51,873 nt of DNA, taken from an uncultured Candidatus Saccharibacteria bacterium. Its GTDB lineage: Bacteria; Patescibacteriota; Minisyncoccia; Phycocordibacterales; UBA9973. Position 1 is the first letter of the stretch. Each line of letters opens with the position of its first letter. The translations under genes and the position numbers were made by a program. The stretch covers positions 1 to 51,873 of the forward strand of contig CAZYBS010000005.1 in NCBI GenBank assembly GCA_964645245.1, written 5' to 3'. Shown here one piece after another: positions 1 through 8,195 of this stretch. Under the pieces are notes generated by a model, which was not told the origin of the DNA, searched no databases, and saw only the letters and a list, made by a program, of their open reading frames with translations.

Positions 1-168
1 CAGAGTAGCTATGTCGGGAATGGATAACCTCTGAAAGCATCTAAGAGGGAAGCCAGCTTCAAGATTAGGAATCGTTAAGAACCCTAGGAGATGACTAGGT
101 TGATAGGCTTTAAGTGTACGCGCAGTAATGCGCTTAGCTGAGAAGTACTAATGTTTCGATTCCTGTTA
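1..168 (+). rRNA. rrl: 23S rRNA, 3' end (partial)
   Basis: Conserved 23S domain VI motifs GGATAACCTCTGAAAGCATCTAAG, GGTTGATAGG and TACTAAT; the 3' boundary is approximate. Confidence 0.95.
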
Positions 169-195
169 AGAAATTTGGAAACCACATACAGTAGA

Positions 196-242
196 ACAGA
201 TAGAGTTTTAGACTCTTAGATAGAGGCTAAACCTCTATCTGT
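196..242. repeat. REP-like palindrome pair in the 23S-5S spacer
   Basis: Perfect palindrome AGATAGAGG-ctaaa-CCTCTATCT at 218-240; 196-211 is a 15/16 inverted match to 227-242. Confidence 0.75.
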
Positions 243-257
243 AACCTCGAATATAGT

Positions 258-367
258 GTCCTGGTGGTTTATCGGAAGGGAAACACCTTTTTACATTCCG
301 AACAAAGCAGTTAAGCCTTCTAGAGGCGATGATACTCGTCAAGGGGAAAGTAGCTAGCTGCCAGGAC
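258..367 (+). rRNA. rrf: 5S rRNA
   Basis: Terminal helix GTCCTGG/CCAGGAC, ACACC...CATTCCGAAC..AGTTAAG, GATGATACT and GGGAAAGTAG motifs. Confidence 0.95.
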
Positions 368-431
368 AGTGTATTTGAGGAAATAATAAACCTAATTTGA
401 AAATTAGGTTTGTTGATATATACTTTGATTT

Positions 432-857
432 ATGAGAGACCAATTCAAGTACCCACCCAAACCTACAGGTGTTAGTACAGAAAGACAAAAGGTTGATTTT
501 GAAACAATGAGACCGAAAATCATTGAGCCTTCGGATGAAACATGGCGAAGAGGAAAAACATATGAAACCTATACGGGAAAGCCAAGGCGTCTGTTTGTAG
601 AACATATTCGAAGGAAGTATAAAGATAAATATTATATTCCAGGTTTAGAATACGGTAGTTATCTTTTGTCTTTACCTCCTGAAAAGGTTCCAGAAAAATT
701 GAAGGGTGGAACATCGAACTATTTAATAGGTTTCTCCTCAAATGATATTGAAGTCCACATTTTATTTTGGGACGGTAACAAGTTTATTATTAAAAAATTA
801 CCCTTAGAAGGGAAAATAGGTGCGTCTGAAGCCGTGGTTCTTCTTGAAAAAAAATAA
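432..857 (+). CDS. hypothetical protein, 141 aa
   Basis: Long ORF with plausible composition; no family recognised. Confidence 0.65.
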   Translation: MRDQFKYPPKPTGVSTERQKVDFETMRPKIIEPSDETWRRGKTYETYTGKPRRLFVEHIRRKYKDKYYIPGLEYGSYLLSLPPEKVPEKLKGGTSNYLIGFSSNDIEVHILFWDGNKFIIKKLPLEGKIGASEAVVLLEKK

Positions 858-1016
858 TTTCTAAAAAATTAATGTTACACCTCCTCCTTACAGGAGCTGG
901 TCACGGATATTTTTCTGCTGAAAAATTCCGCTACCCCGTCTCGTGCCGTCGCACTCCGACCCTGAAATACTTATCGCATTCCAGCACTCATTGGACTTTT
1001 TTGTTATACTCATTCC

Positions 1017-1049
1017 ATGAAACTTCTTCTTACGTCCAGCGGAATTTAA
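1017..1049 (+). pseudogene. 5' stub of a peptidase E (S51)-like gene, MKLLLTSSGI*
   Basis: TGtTATACT lies 6 nt before the ATG; the 10 codons resemble the MKLLLTS.GI N-terminus of S51 peptidases, then TAA. Confidence 0.5.
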
Positions 1050-1087
1050 GTTAAGGATTAGAAGAAATAATTTGATATAATAACATT

Positions 1088-1441
1088 ATGACTAACGGAG
1101 ACGCATTTTTCTTGGTTGTTTTAGGGGTCATTGCGGCCACTAGGCTTTTTCTACTAACGAAGGTTGCTAGTCCAACAATAAAGGGTTTTCGCGTGCGTCA
1201 TTACATGTATGGCTTGGTATTAATTGTTTTGGCTTTTTTAATCAACAATATAACAATCTACGCTATAGGTTTTGCTTTATTTATAGACGAACTGCCATTG
1301 ATTTTGCTCAAAGGACCTGGCCACAAAGAGGAACATTGGAGAGGGTACGAGGATTACTATGCACCATGGTGTGTCGCTGGTGTTTTAGTTCTCATTTTTC
1401 TAACCTATCTTTTTAGAAATATAATTTCAGGATTAATATAA
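1088..1441 (+). CDS. small multi-pass membrane protein
   Basis: About four hydrophobic segments, RVRHYMYG and FIDE motifs; extended -10 TGaTATAAT 6 nt upstream. Confidence 0.8.
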   Translation: MTNGDAFFLVVLGVIAATRLFLLTKVASPTIKGFRVRHYMYGLVLIVLAFLINNITIYAIGFALFIDELPLILLKGPGHKEEHWRGYEDYYAPWCVAGVLVLIFLTYLFRNIISGLI

Positions 1442-1444
1442 ATA

Positions 1445-1471
1445 AAAAAAGCCATATTTTATGGCTTTTTT
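1445..1471. terminator. intrinsic terminator
   Basis: AAAAAAGCCAT-atttt-ATGGCTTTTTT directly after the stop codon. Confidence 0.8.
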
Positions 1472-1512
1472 AGATTGCTTAACTTTTTTAATTCTATAGT
1501 TTATAATGGAAT

Positions 1513-1672
1513 GTGAGGGGTGCTGTGAAGGCCGTTCTCAAATTTGTGGACCTAGTTGCTCCTAGCGCTAGGTCCAGTTGAAAACGAGACCCTAGCACCC
1601 CTCCCTCAGACTTGCTCTTCGCTCTCTCATCGTTTCGCCCGTTTCGTCTCTACGAACCGGGCTTCGTTTTTT
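1513..1672 (+). ncRNA. candidate structured small RNA (unit 1)
   Basis: TATAAT at 1502-1507; rod hairpin 1515-1603 (GAGGGGTGCT/AGCACCCCTC, CGTTCTCAA/TTGAAAACG, TGGACCTAG/CTAGGTCCA); terminator-like hairpin 1637-1662 plus T tract; no credible ORF. Confidence 0.55.
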
Positions 1673-1690
1673 ACATCGAGTATTTGATTC

Positions 1691-1723
1691 GCAAAAAAGC
1701 CTTATTTTATAAGGCTTTTTTGC
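1691..1723. terminator. bidirectional intrinsic terminator
   Basis: GCAAAAAAGCCTTAT-ttt-ATAAGGCTTTTTTGC, a perfect 15-bp stem. Confidence 0.8.
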
Positions 1724-1727
1724 TTGC

Positions 1728-1756
1728 TTGACTTTGTGAGCCCGATAGTATATAAT
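1728..1756 (+). promoter_or_regulatory. near-consensus sigma70 promoter
   Basis: TTGACT-17 nt-TATAAT. Confidence 0.8.
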
Positions 1757-1763
1757 CTAGAGT

Positions 1764-1839
1764 TGAAGAGGGGGGTATGTCGGTACATCGGCGGGGGTAA
1801 ATCGCGGACCCTTGGATGTAGGCGTATCCCTCCTCTTCA
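1764..1839 (+). ncRNA. structured 5' leader hairpin (unit 2)
   Basis: TGAAGAGGGGGG/CCCTCCTCTTCA, TATGTC/GGCGTA and TACATC/GATGTA stack into a 76-nt rod starting 7 nt after the -10 box. Confidence 0.55.
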
Positions 1840-1874
1840 GATCTTAGTCCTTTCGTTTTTGATGGGAGAATTTT

Positions 1875-2012
1875 ATGACTTTTGCTCAAAGGAGGGCGTG
1901 GGCGGCCCGACAGCATACTTTCGATAAGTACGCATGGAAGGTCGCGTTGGCGCTCTTCGCCACGGCAGCGCTAATCGGGGGGCTCAACCTCCTGATTATC
2001 CGCGGGCATTAG
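1875..2012 (+). CDS. 45-aa single-TM peptide MTFAQRRAWAARQHTFDKYAWKVALALFATAALIGGLNLLIIRGH (absent from the ORF track)
   Basis: SD-like GGGAGA just upstream, cationic N-terminus plus a 20-aa hydrophobic helix, located between a promoter and a terminator. Confidence 0.6.
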   Translation: MTFAQRRAWAARQHTFDKYAWKVALALFATAALIGGLNLLIIRGH

Positions 2013-2021
2013 CATCGTCGT

Positions 2022-2064
2022 TGGGCTCGAGTTCGCACATGCGGACCGAGCCCATTCGTTTTTT
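2022..2064 (+). terminator. intrinsic terminator of unit 2
   Basis: TGGGCTCG...CGAGCCCA stem followed by TTCGTTTTTT. Confidence 0.7.
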
Positions 2065-2093
2065 ATTGCGCTTTTTTATGTTATTATGTCTTT

Positions 2094-2876
2094 ATGACTT
2101 GGGCTCTTAGACGGCAAATTTTTTATATAGGCATACTCATTTTATTTTTTTCTGTCTTCGGTTTTTTGGTAGTTTCTCCCAACCTCATGGAGACGCCGAC
2201 CTGTGCAGACAATAAGCAAAATGGGGATGAAGCGGGGGTGGATTGCGGAGGGTTATGCGCTAAGGCATGTCTTTTCCAAGTGGATAAAATTTCAATTCTC
2301 TGGACCCGTTCTTTTAAGGTTATTCCCGGACGTTACAATGCTGTCGCTTATTTAGAGAATCATAATAAAAATACTGCGGTTAATAAAATAAATTACAGAT
2401 TTCGTTTTGCTGATAAAAATAATGTTTATATAGGCAAGCGCGAAGGCAGCACTTCTATTCCTCCGTCAGGCAAGTTTGCTGTTTTTGAGCCGGGTATAGA
2501 TATTGGGAATTCTATTCCTGTTTATACTACTTTTGAGTTTACGCAAATACCGGAGTGGATTCAAGTTTCACCAGAAAAAATCAATCAATTAGAAGTTTTA
2601 GTTTCAAACATAACTCTGACTAATGAGGAAAATAGTCCGGTACTCTCGGCTACAATAAAAAATAATTCGTTCTTTGTCATCCCGGAGATAGATATAGTTG
2701 CTATTTTATATGACGCCAATCGCAATGCTGTTTCCGCTAGCCGCACTTATTTAGATTCCCTGGCCGGAGAGGAAGAGAGAAATGTCAATTTTACTTGGCC
2801 AGAGCCTTTGCCCGGCAAGGTTATTGCTAAAGAAATAATTCCTATGTATAACATCTTTTTGGTCAAGTTAAAGTAG
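2094..2876 (+). CDS. membrane-anchored hypothetical protein with a CxDNxQNGDExGVDCGGxC motif
   Basis: N-terminal TM segment, Cys-rich motif, two beta-rich domains. Confidence 0.85.
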   Translation: MTWALRRQIFYIGILILFFSVFGFLVVSPNLMETPTCADNKQNGDEAGVDCGGLCAKACLFQVDKISILWTRSFKVIPGRYNAVAYLENHNKNTAVNKINYRFRFADKNNVYIGKREGSTSIPPSGKFAVFEPGIDIGNSIPVYTTFEFTQIPEWIQVSPEKINQLEVLVSNITLTNEENSPVLSATIKNNSFFVIPEIDIVAILYDANRNAVSASRTYLDSLAGEEERNVNFTWPEPLPGKVIAKEIIPMYNIFLVKLK

Positions 2877-2879
2877 TTT

Positions 2880-4010
2880 ATGGCGGAAAAAGCTCTTAAC
2901 AAAATAGATTGGCTTTTGGTTTTTTTTATACTTCCAATAATTTCTGCAGGGCTGGTAACCATGAAGTCATTCGCGCCCCTAGAAGATGCCGGTGAATTTT
3001 TCAGTAAACAGATTATTTGGATTTTGATAGGTTTTTCTGTTTTTTTTATTTTTTCTTTTATAGATTTTCGTTTTTTGAAGCGCACTGATGTCTTGGTGTT
3101 TATATATCTTTTAACATCTTTAATTCTACTCTCGCTTTTTGTTTTAGGGTATATTTCTCATGGTGCCAAAAGCTGGTTTAACTTTGGCTATTTTTCTTTT
3201 CAGCCAGTTGATATGATGAAACTGGTCTTAGTGCTTATTTTAGCCAAGTATTTTTCTCGCCGTCATGTGGAGATTAGAGACACAAAACACATTTTTATTT
3301 CCGGATTTTACGCACTGATACCTTTGATTTTAGTTTTACTCCAACCTGATTTTGGTTCCGCCATGATTATATTTTTTATCTGGCTGGGCATGGTGCTTGT
3401 TTCTGGGATTTCTAAAATGCACTTGCTTACCGTGTTTGTTTCTGGCGCGCTGATTTTTATATTATTTTGGTTTTTTATTTTTGCGCCATATCAAAAAGCT
3501 CGTATTACTAGTTTTATAAATCCACTGGCTGACATACATGGTTCTGGCTATAATGCCTTTCAATCCACGATTGCGGTGGGTTCAGGGGAAATTACCGGCA
3601 AAGGTTTGGGTTTCGGTACTCAATCGCGGCTGAAATTCTTGCCCCAACCTCAATCTGATTTTATTTTTGCCGCCTACGCTGAAGAGTGGGGCTTAATTGG
3701 TTCTTTTTTAATTCTTTTGCTTTATGGAGTTATTATTTGGAGGATTCTTTATTCTGCCACTCTGGGAGCATATAATTTTGAAATACTTTTTGGCATGGGG
3801 ATTGCTATTTTTTTTATGAGTCATATACTCATAAATATTGGTATGAATTTGGGACTAATGCCGGTGACCGGCATTCCTCTGCCTTTTATGAGTTATGGCG
3901 GCTCGCATCTCTTGACCGAATTTGCCGGTTTGGGGATCCTGATGAGCATGCGCAGATACGCCAGGACTGCGCACAGGGATAAAATGAAAAACGAATTTTT
4001 AGGAGCATGA
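2880..4010 (+). CDS. rodA: SEDS family peptidoglycan glycosyltransferase RodA
   Basis: GAKSW, SFQP, LQPDFG, GYNAFQSTIAVGSG and GIPLPFMSYGGS motifs. Confidence 0.92.
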   Translation: MAEKALNKIDWLLVFFILPIISAGLVTMKSFAPLEDAGEFFSKQIIWILIGFSVFFIFSFIDFRFLKRTDVLVFIYLLTSLILLSLFVLGYISHGAKSWFNFGYFSFQPVDMMKLVLVLILAKYFSRRHVEIRDTKHIFISGFYALIPLILVLLQPDFGSAMIIFFIWLGMVLVSGISKMHLLTVFVSGALIFILFWFFIFAPYQKARITSFINPLADIHGSGYNAFQSTIAVGSGEITGKGLGFGTQSRLKFLPQPQSDFIFAAYAEEWGLIGSFLILLLYGVIIWRILYSATLGAYNFEILFGMGIAIFFMSHILINIGMNLGLMPVTGIPLPFMSYGGSHLLTEFAGLGILMSMRRYARTAHRDKMKNEFLGA

Positions 4011-4837
4011 TAACAATTGATGGTAAAAAATTAAGCCGGGAGATTTTATCTAAAGTAAAAAATACGGTTGCGTCTTTAGATTTTCAGCCGGTTTTTTGTG
4101 ATGTGCTGGTGGGTAATGATCCGGCCAGCCTCCAATATGTGCAAATGAAAGCAAAAACTGCCGAAATGGTCGGTATTCATTTTCACAATGCAACCTTCTC
4201 TGAATCTATAAGTACGGCAGATTTGATAAAAGAAATAAAAATTTTAAATAAAATCAAAAATATGTGCGGGATTATCGTTCAGCTTCCACTGCCTCCACAC
4301 CTTGACCGCAGAGCAGTGCTTGACGCTATTGATTCACGTATTGATGTTGATTGTCTAGGGACGATTGCCAGCGAAAAATTTTACAATGGTGCAACCACTG
4401 TAGGTTTTCCGACAGCCTTAGCCTGTATGGCGCTTCTTGATTCGCTAAATCTGGACTTAAAATCTAAAAAAATAATTGTATTGGGAAAGGGTGAGTTGGT
4501 AGGTCGACCTGTTGCTTCACTTCTTAATTTTAGGGGTTTATCTCCTGTCATCATTAGTAGTAAAACACTCAATAAAGAAGAACTTATAAAACAAGCTGAT
4601 GTTATAATTTCCGGCATAGGCAAGGGGAAATACATTACTAGCAACATGATAAAAGAGGGGGCTGTCCTGATAGACGCGGGTACATCAGAGTCGGGCAGTG
4701 GCATTGTGGGTGATGTTGATTTAGAATCAGTCAAAGACGTCGCCGGTTACGTTTCTCCGGTACCTGGTGGCGTGGGCCCCATGACTGTCGCGATGCTCCT
4801 TAATAATGTATTGCAAGTTGCTAAGAACTTAAAATGA
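4007..4837 (+). CDS. folD: methylenetetrahydrofolate dehydrogenase/cyclohydrolase
   Basis: GIIVQLPLP, DVD, VGRP and PVPGGVGPMTVAML motifs. Confidence 0.95.
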   Translation: MITIDGKKLSREILSKVKNTVASLDFQPVFCDVLVGNDPASLQYVQMKAKTAEMVGIHFHNATFSESISTADLIKEIKILNKIKNMCGIIVQLPLPPHLDRRAVLDAIDSRIDVDCLGTIASEKFYNGATTVGFPTALACMALLDSLNLDLKSKKIIVLGKGELVGRPVASLLNFRGLSPVIISSKTLNKEELIKQADVIISGIGKGKYITSNMIKEGAVLIDAGTSESGSGIVGDVDLESVKDVAGYVSPVPGGVGPMTVAMLLNNVLQVAKNLK

Positions 4838-5319
4838 ACAACGCAATCTTTTATTTTTTTTATAGTTTAGCGCACCAGTCTGCTTTTTTTGATAATATAG
4901 TCATTTTTACCGCCGTTTATTTTCCATATATAGTGATTTTATTAGCTGGATTATTTTTATTTCTTTATCGCAAAAATTGGCGGGAATTTTTCCTAGTATT
5001 TTTTTCTGGGTTTTTAGCTTATTTTCTGGCAGTAATCTTGAAAATTTTATTTCATACTTCGCGGCCTTTTGAGGCCTTATCTAATGTTTATAGTCTTTTT
5101 CCTGAAACGGGCCTTAGTTTTCCTTCCAGTCATGCGACATTTTTTTCCGCGCTGGCTGTCTCTTTATTTTTTTATCATAAAAAAGCGGGATATGTATTTA
5201 TGTTTTTTGCTCTCCTCATCGGACTCTCGCGCATCGTCGCCGGCGTGCATTTTCCAATTGATATTTTCGGCGGTTTTATACTTGGTATCGGAGTTGCGTA
5301 TTTCTTAAAAAACATCTAG
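4834..5319 (+). CDS. PAP2 family phosphatase (BcrC-like undecaprenyl-diphosphatase)
   Basis: K..F..SRP, SFPSSH and SRIVAGVHFPID motifs. Confidence 0.9.
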   Translation: MNNAIFYFFYSLAHQSAFFDNIVIFTAVYFPYIVILLAGLFLFLYRKNWREFFLVFFSGFLAYFLAVILKILFHTSRPFEALSNVYSLFPETGLSFPSSHATFFSALAVSLFFYHKKAGYVFMFFALLIGLSRIVAGVHFPIDIFGGFILGIGVAYFLKNI

Positions 5320-5334
5320 AATAAATATATATTT

Positions 5335-6696
5335 ATGTGGAAGAAGATAGTTTTAGCTATTACTATACTTTTACTCGGCGCCAGTATCGGCCTTTTCGTT
5401 TTTGAAACCGAGCCGAAATTAAATAAAAATTTTGAGACTCAGAAATCATTCTTTAAGCAATTCCCTTTTCGCTTGGGTCTTGATTTGTCCGGCGGAAGCC
5501 ATTTGATATATAAAGCTGACGTTAGTGCTGTGAAAGCGGGTGAAGTTTCTGATGCAATGGATGCATTGCGGGATGTGATAGAACGCAGAGTGAATCTCTT
5601 TGGAGTTTCTGAGCCGGTGGTACAAGTACAGCGTGGCGGGCTTGTATCTGGCGGGGAAGAGCGGTTGATAGTTGATCTTCCAGGTGTGACTGACATAAAG
5701 CGGGCGATAGCTATGATCGGACAGACTCCGCTTTTGGAATTTAAAACTGAAGCTCCTAGAGATGCTCCGCAAACTGTGACGGTAGACGAGAAGGGAGTGG
5801 CAAATCTGGAGGTAAATTCTCAATTTGTTGCAACTGAACTTACTGGCCGGTATTTACAGAAAGCGACTTTGGAATTTGATATAAATACTCGTGAACCGAG
5901 AGTAAACTTGCAGTTTGATGACGTGGGCACAAAACTTTTTGCAAAAATTACTAAGGAAAATATCGGTAAACTGGTGGCAATTTATCTGGACGGCGCGCCG
6001 GTGTCTACTCCGGTGGTTCGTGAAGAAATTCCTAATGGTCAGGCTGTTATCTCCGGCAGTTTTACTCCGAAGGAGGCAAAGCTATTGGTCGGCAGATTAA
6101 ATTCTGGCGCCCTTCCAGTGCCGATAACTCTTCTTTCCACGCAAACTATTGGCGCCACCCTGGGGGAAAATGCTGTCAAGGCCGGAGTCAAAGCCGCAAT
6201 CATCGGATTTTTATTGGTAGCTCTTTTCTTAATTCTTTGGTATCGTTTACCGGGATTTTTGGCTGTCCTCTCCCTTTCCATTTTTATTGTAATCATATTG
6301 ACGCTCTTTAAGCTTTTGCCCGTGACGCTGACAGCTGCCGGTATTGCGGGATTTATAATTTCTATCGGTGTGGCGGTGGATGCTAATGTGCTTATTTTTG
6401 AACGGGTTAAAGAAGAATTGCGTTCTGGCCGTACGATTACGGATGCGGTAAAACTCGGTTTTTCTCGCGCTTGGTTTTCTATTCGCGACTCCAATATTTC
6501 AAATATCATTACTGCTCTGATTCTTTTCTGGTTTGGCACATCTTTAATCAAAGGTTTTGCCTTGACACTGGGCATGGGGGTAATAGTATCAATGTTCTCG
6601 GCAATTACGATTACTAGAATTTTTTTATCAACGCTTATTTTTATGGGAGAGGGGAAAATCGCCCGGTTTTTATTTTCCAGTGGAATTAGTAAATAA
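5335..6696 (+). CDS. secD: protein translocase subunit SecD
   Basis: LGLDLSGG, IERRVNLFGVSEP, SGALPVP and AVDANVLIFERVKEE motifs. Confidence 0.97.
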   Translation: MWKKIVLAITILLLGASIGLFVFETEPKLNKNFETQKSFFKQFPFRLGLDLSGGSHLIYKADVSAVKAGEVSDAMDALRDVIERRVNLFGVSEPVVQVQRGGLVSGGEERLIVDLPGVTDIKRAIAMIGQTPLLEFKTEAPRDAPQTVTVDEKGVANLEVNSQFVATELTGRYLQKATLEFDINTREPRVNLQFDDVGTKLFAKITKENIGKLVAIYLDGAPVSTPVVREEIPNGQAVISGSFTPKEAKLLVGRLNSGALPVPITLLSTQTIGATLGENAVKAGVKAAIIGFLLVALFLILWYRLPGFLAVLSLSIFIVIILTLFKLLPVTLTAAGIAGFIISIGVAVDANVLIFERVKEELRSGRTITDAVKLGFSRAWFSIRDSNISNIITALILFWFGTSLIKGFALTLGMGVIVSMFSAITITRIFLSTLIFMGEGKIARFLFSSGISK

Positions 6697-6700
6697 AATT

Positions 6701-7621
6701 ATGTTTATTATTAGATACAAAAAAATATTCGTTAGTATATCAATAGCTTTGGTTATTCTTTCGTTTTTTTCATTATTTTTATTTGGGCTAAATGTCGGTA
6801 TTGATTTTAAGGGTGGTGCATTAACAGAGGTTATTTATAAGACCACACGTCCAACCCAAGCGGCTTTGAATAAATCCCTGGAAGCTTTAAATTTTGGCTC
6901 TATTCTTCTTCAGCCGACCGGGGAATTAGGTTATATCGTAAAGTCTCGTAGCTTAAATGATAATGAACACGCTTTACTTTTTAAAACCCTTTCACAGAAT
7001 GACGCCAACGTTTTGACCGAAACAAGTTTTAATTCTATTGGACCTTCGGTGGGACGCGAACTTACCCGCAAAGCAATAATTGCTGTTATTTTGATTTCAC
7101 TGGCGATTATTTGTTTTATTGCTTTTGCTTTCAGAAAAGTTTCCAAACCGATTTCGTCTTGGAGATACGGCTTAATAGCTATCGTTACGCTCTTGCATGA
7201 TGTTGCCATACCGGTTGGTCTTTTTGCCGCTCTTTCGCATTTTTATGGCGCAGAGCTGGATACTCTTTTCGTGGTTGCAGTTCTCACCATCCTGGGTCTT
7301 TCTGTTTCCGATACGATAGTTATTTTTGACCGCATTAGGGAAAATTTAAAAAATGAAGCAACCCAAACAAGAATAGATAAAATGAATTTTAGCGAAATAG
7401 TGGGGAAAAGTTTAGAGCAGTCGTATGTTCGGTCTATTAGCACTTCGTTTACGGTTATTCTCGTGCTTCTGGCATTGTTCTTTTTTGGTCCCGTAACAAC
7501 GAAGTATTTTGCTCTTATGTTAACCACCGGAATGTTTTTCGGAACATACTCTTCAATTTTCTTGGCATCGCCTCTGTTGGTATTAGTGGAAGAGTGGCAA
7601 AAGAGAAACCTTGTGCTATAA
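6701..7621 (+). CDS. secF: protein translocase subunit SecF (ATG 6701 preferred over GTG 6680)
   Basis: GIDFKGG, IGPSVG, LLHD and DTIVIFDRIRE motifs. Confidence 0.96.
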   Translation: MFIIRYKKIFVSISIALVILSFFSLFLFGLNVGIDFKGGALTEVIYKTTRPTQAALNKSLEALNFGSILLQPTGELGYIVKSRSLNDNEHALLFKTLSQNDANVLTETSFNSIGPSVGRELTRKAIIAVILISLAIICFIAFAFRKVSKPISSWRYGLIAIVTLLHDVAIPVGLFAALSHFYGAELDTLFVVAVLTILGLSVSDTIVIFDRIRENLKNEATQTRIDKMNFSEIVGKSLEQSYVRSISTSFTVILVLLALFFFGPVTTKYFALMLTTGMFFGTYSSIFLASPLLVLVEEWQKRNLVL

Positions 7622-7630
7622 TAAAAACAG

Positions 7631-8182
7631 ATGAAATATATTTTAATAATCTTAGGGGTTTTGATTCTATGGGCAGTTTTTGTCTACAATAGTCTCGTGG
7701 CGCTGGCCAACCGCGCAGGGGAAGCTTGGGCGGATATTGAGGTGCAGTTGAAGCGTCGGTACGACCTGATACCAAATCTTGTGAACACTGTCAAAGGTTA
7801 TGCCACTCATGAGAGTTCAGCTTTTGAAAATGTGACCAGAGCTAGAAGTATGGCGATGGGAGTTCAAGGTCCAAACCCGGCGCATGCCGAAGCTGAAAAT
7901 ATGCTAACTGGCGCGTTGAAATCCATTTTTGCCATTTCTGAAGCGTATCCAGACTTAAAAGCTAATACGAATTTTTTAGAGCTTCAGCGAGAGCTTTCCG
8001 ACACAGAAAATAAAATTCAAGCCGCTCGCCGGTTTTATAATGCCAATGTTCGTGATTTGAATACAAAAATTGAATCTTTTCCTTCAAACATTCTTGCAAC
8101 AATCTTTTCTTTTTCTAAAAAAGAATTCTTTGATCTGGCGGACAGTGACGTTGCCCAAAATCCGGTAGAGGTAAGATTTTAA
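7631..8182 (+). CDS. lemA: LemA family protein
   Basis: LKRRYDLIPNLV, EAYPDLKA and ARRFYN motifs. Confidence 0.95.
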   Translation: MKYILIILGVLILWAVFVYNSLVALANRAGEAWADIEVQLKRRYDLIPNLVNTVKGYATHESSAFENVTRARSMAMGVQGPNPAHAEAENMLTGALKSIFAISEAYPDLKANTNFLELQRELSDTENKIQAARRFYNANVRDLNTKIESFPSNILATIFSFSKKEFFDLADSDVAQNPVEVRF

Positions 8183-8195
8183 TCTTTTTAGATTT

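Noticed and set aside
872-1054. 60-aa ORF
   Set aside because: It spans a structured block and a promoter and has no protein-like features.
1515-1839. SRP RNA, RNase P RNA, tmRNA or a known riboswitch
   Set aside because: No SRP CAGG..GNRA..AGCAG helix, no GAGGAAAGTCC, no tRNA-like ends and no aptamer consensus that I recognise.
1707-1927. ORFs 1707..1916(-) and 1724..1927(+)
   Set aside because: They cross a terminator, a promoter and a hairpin; the ORF at 1875..2012 fits the signals better.
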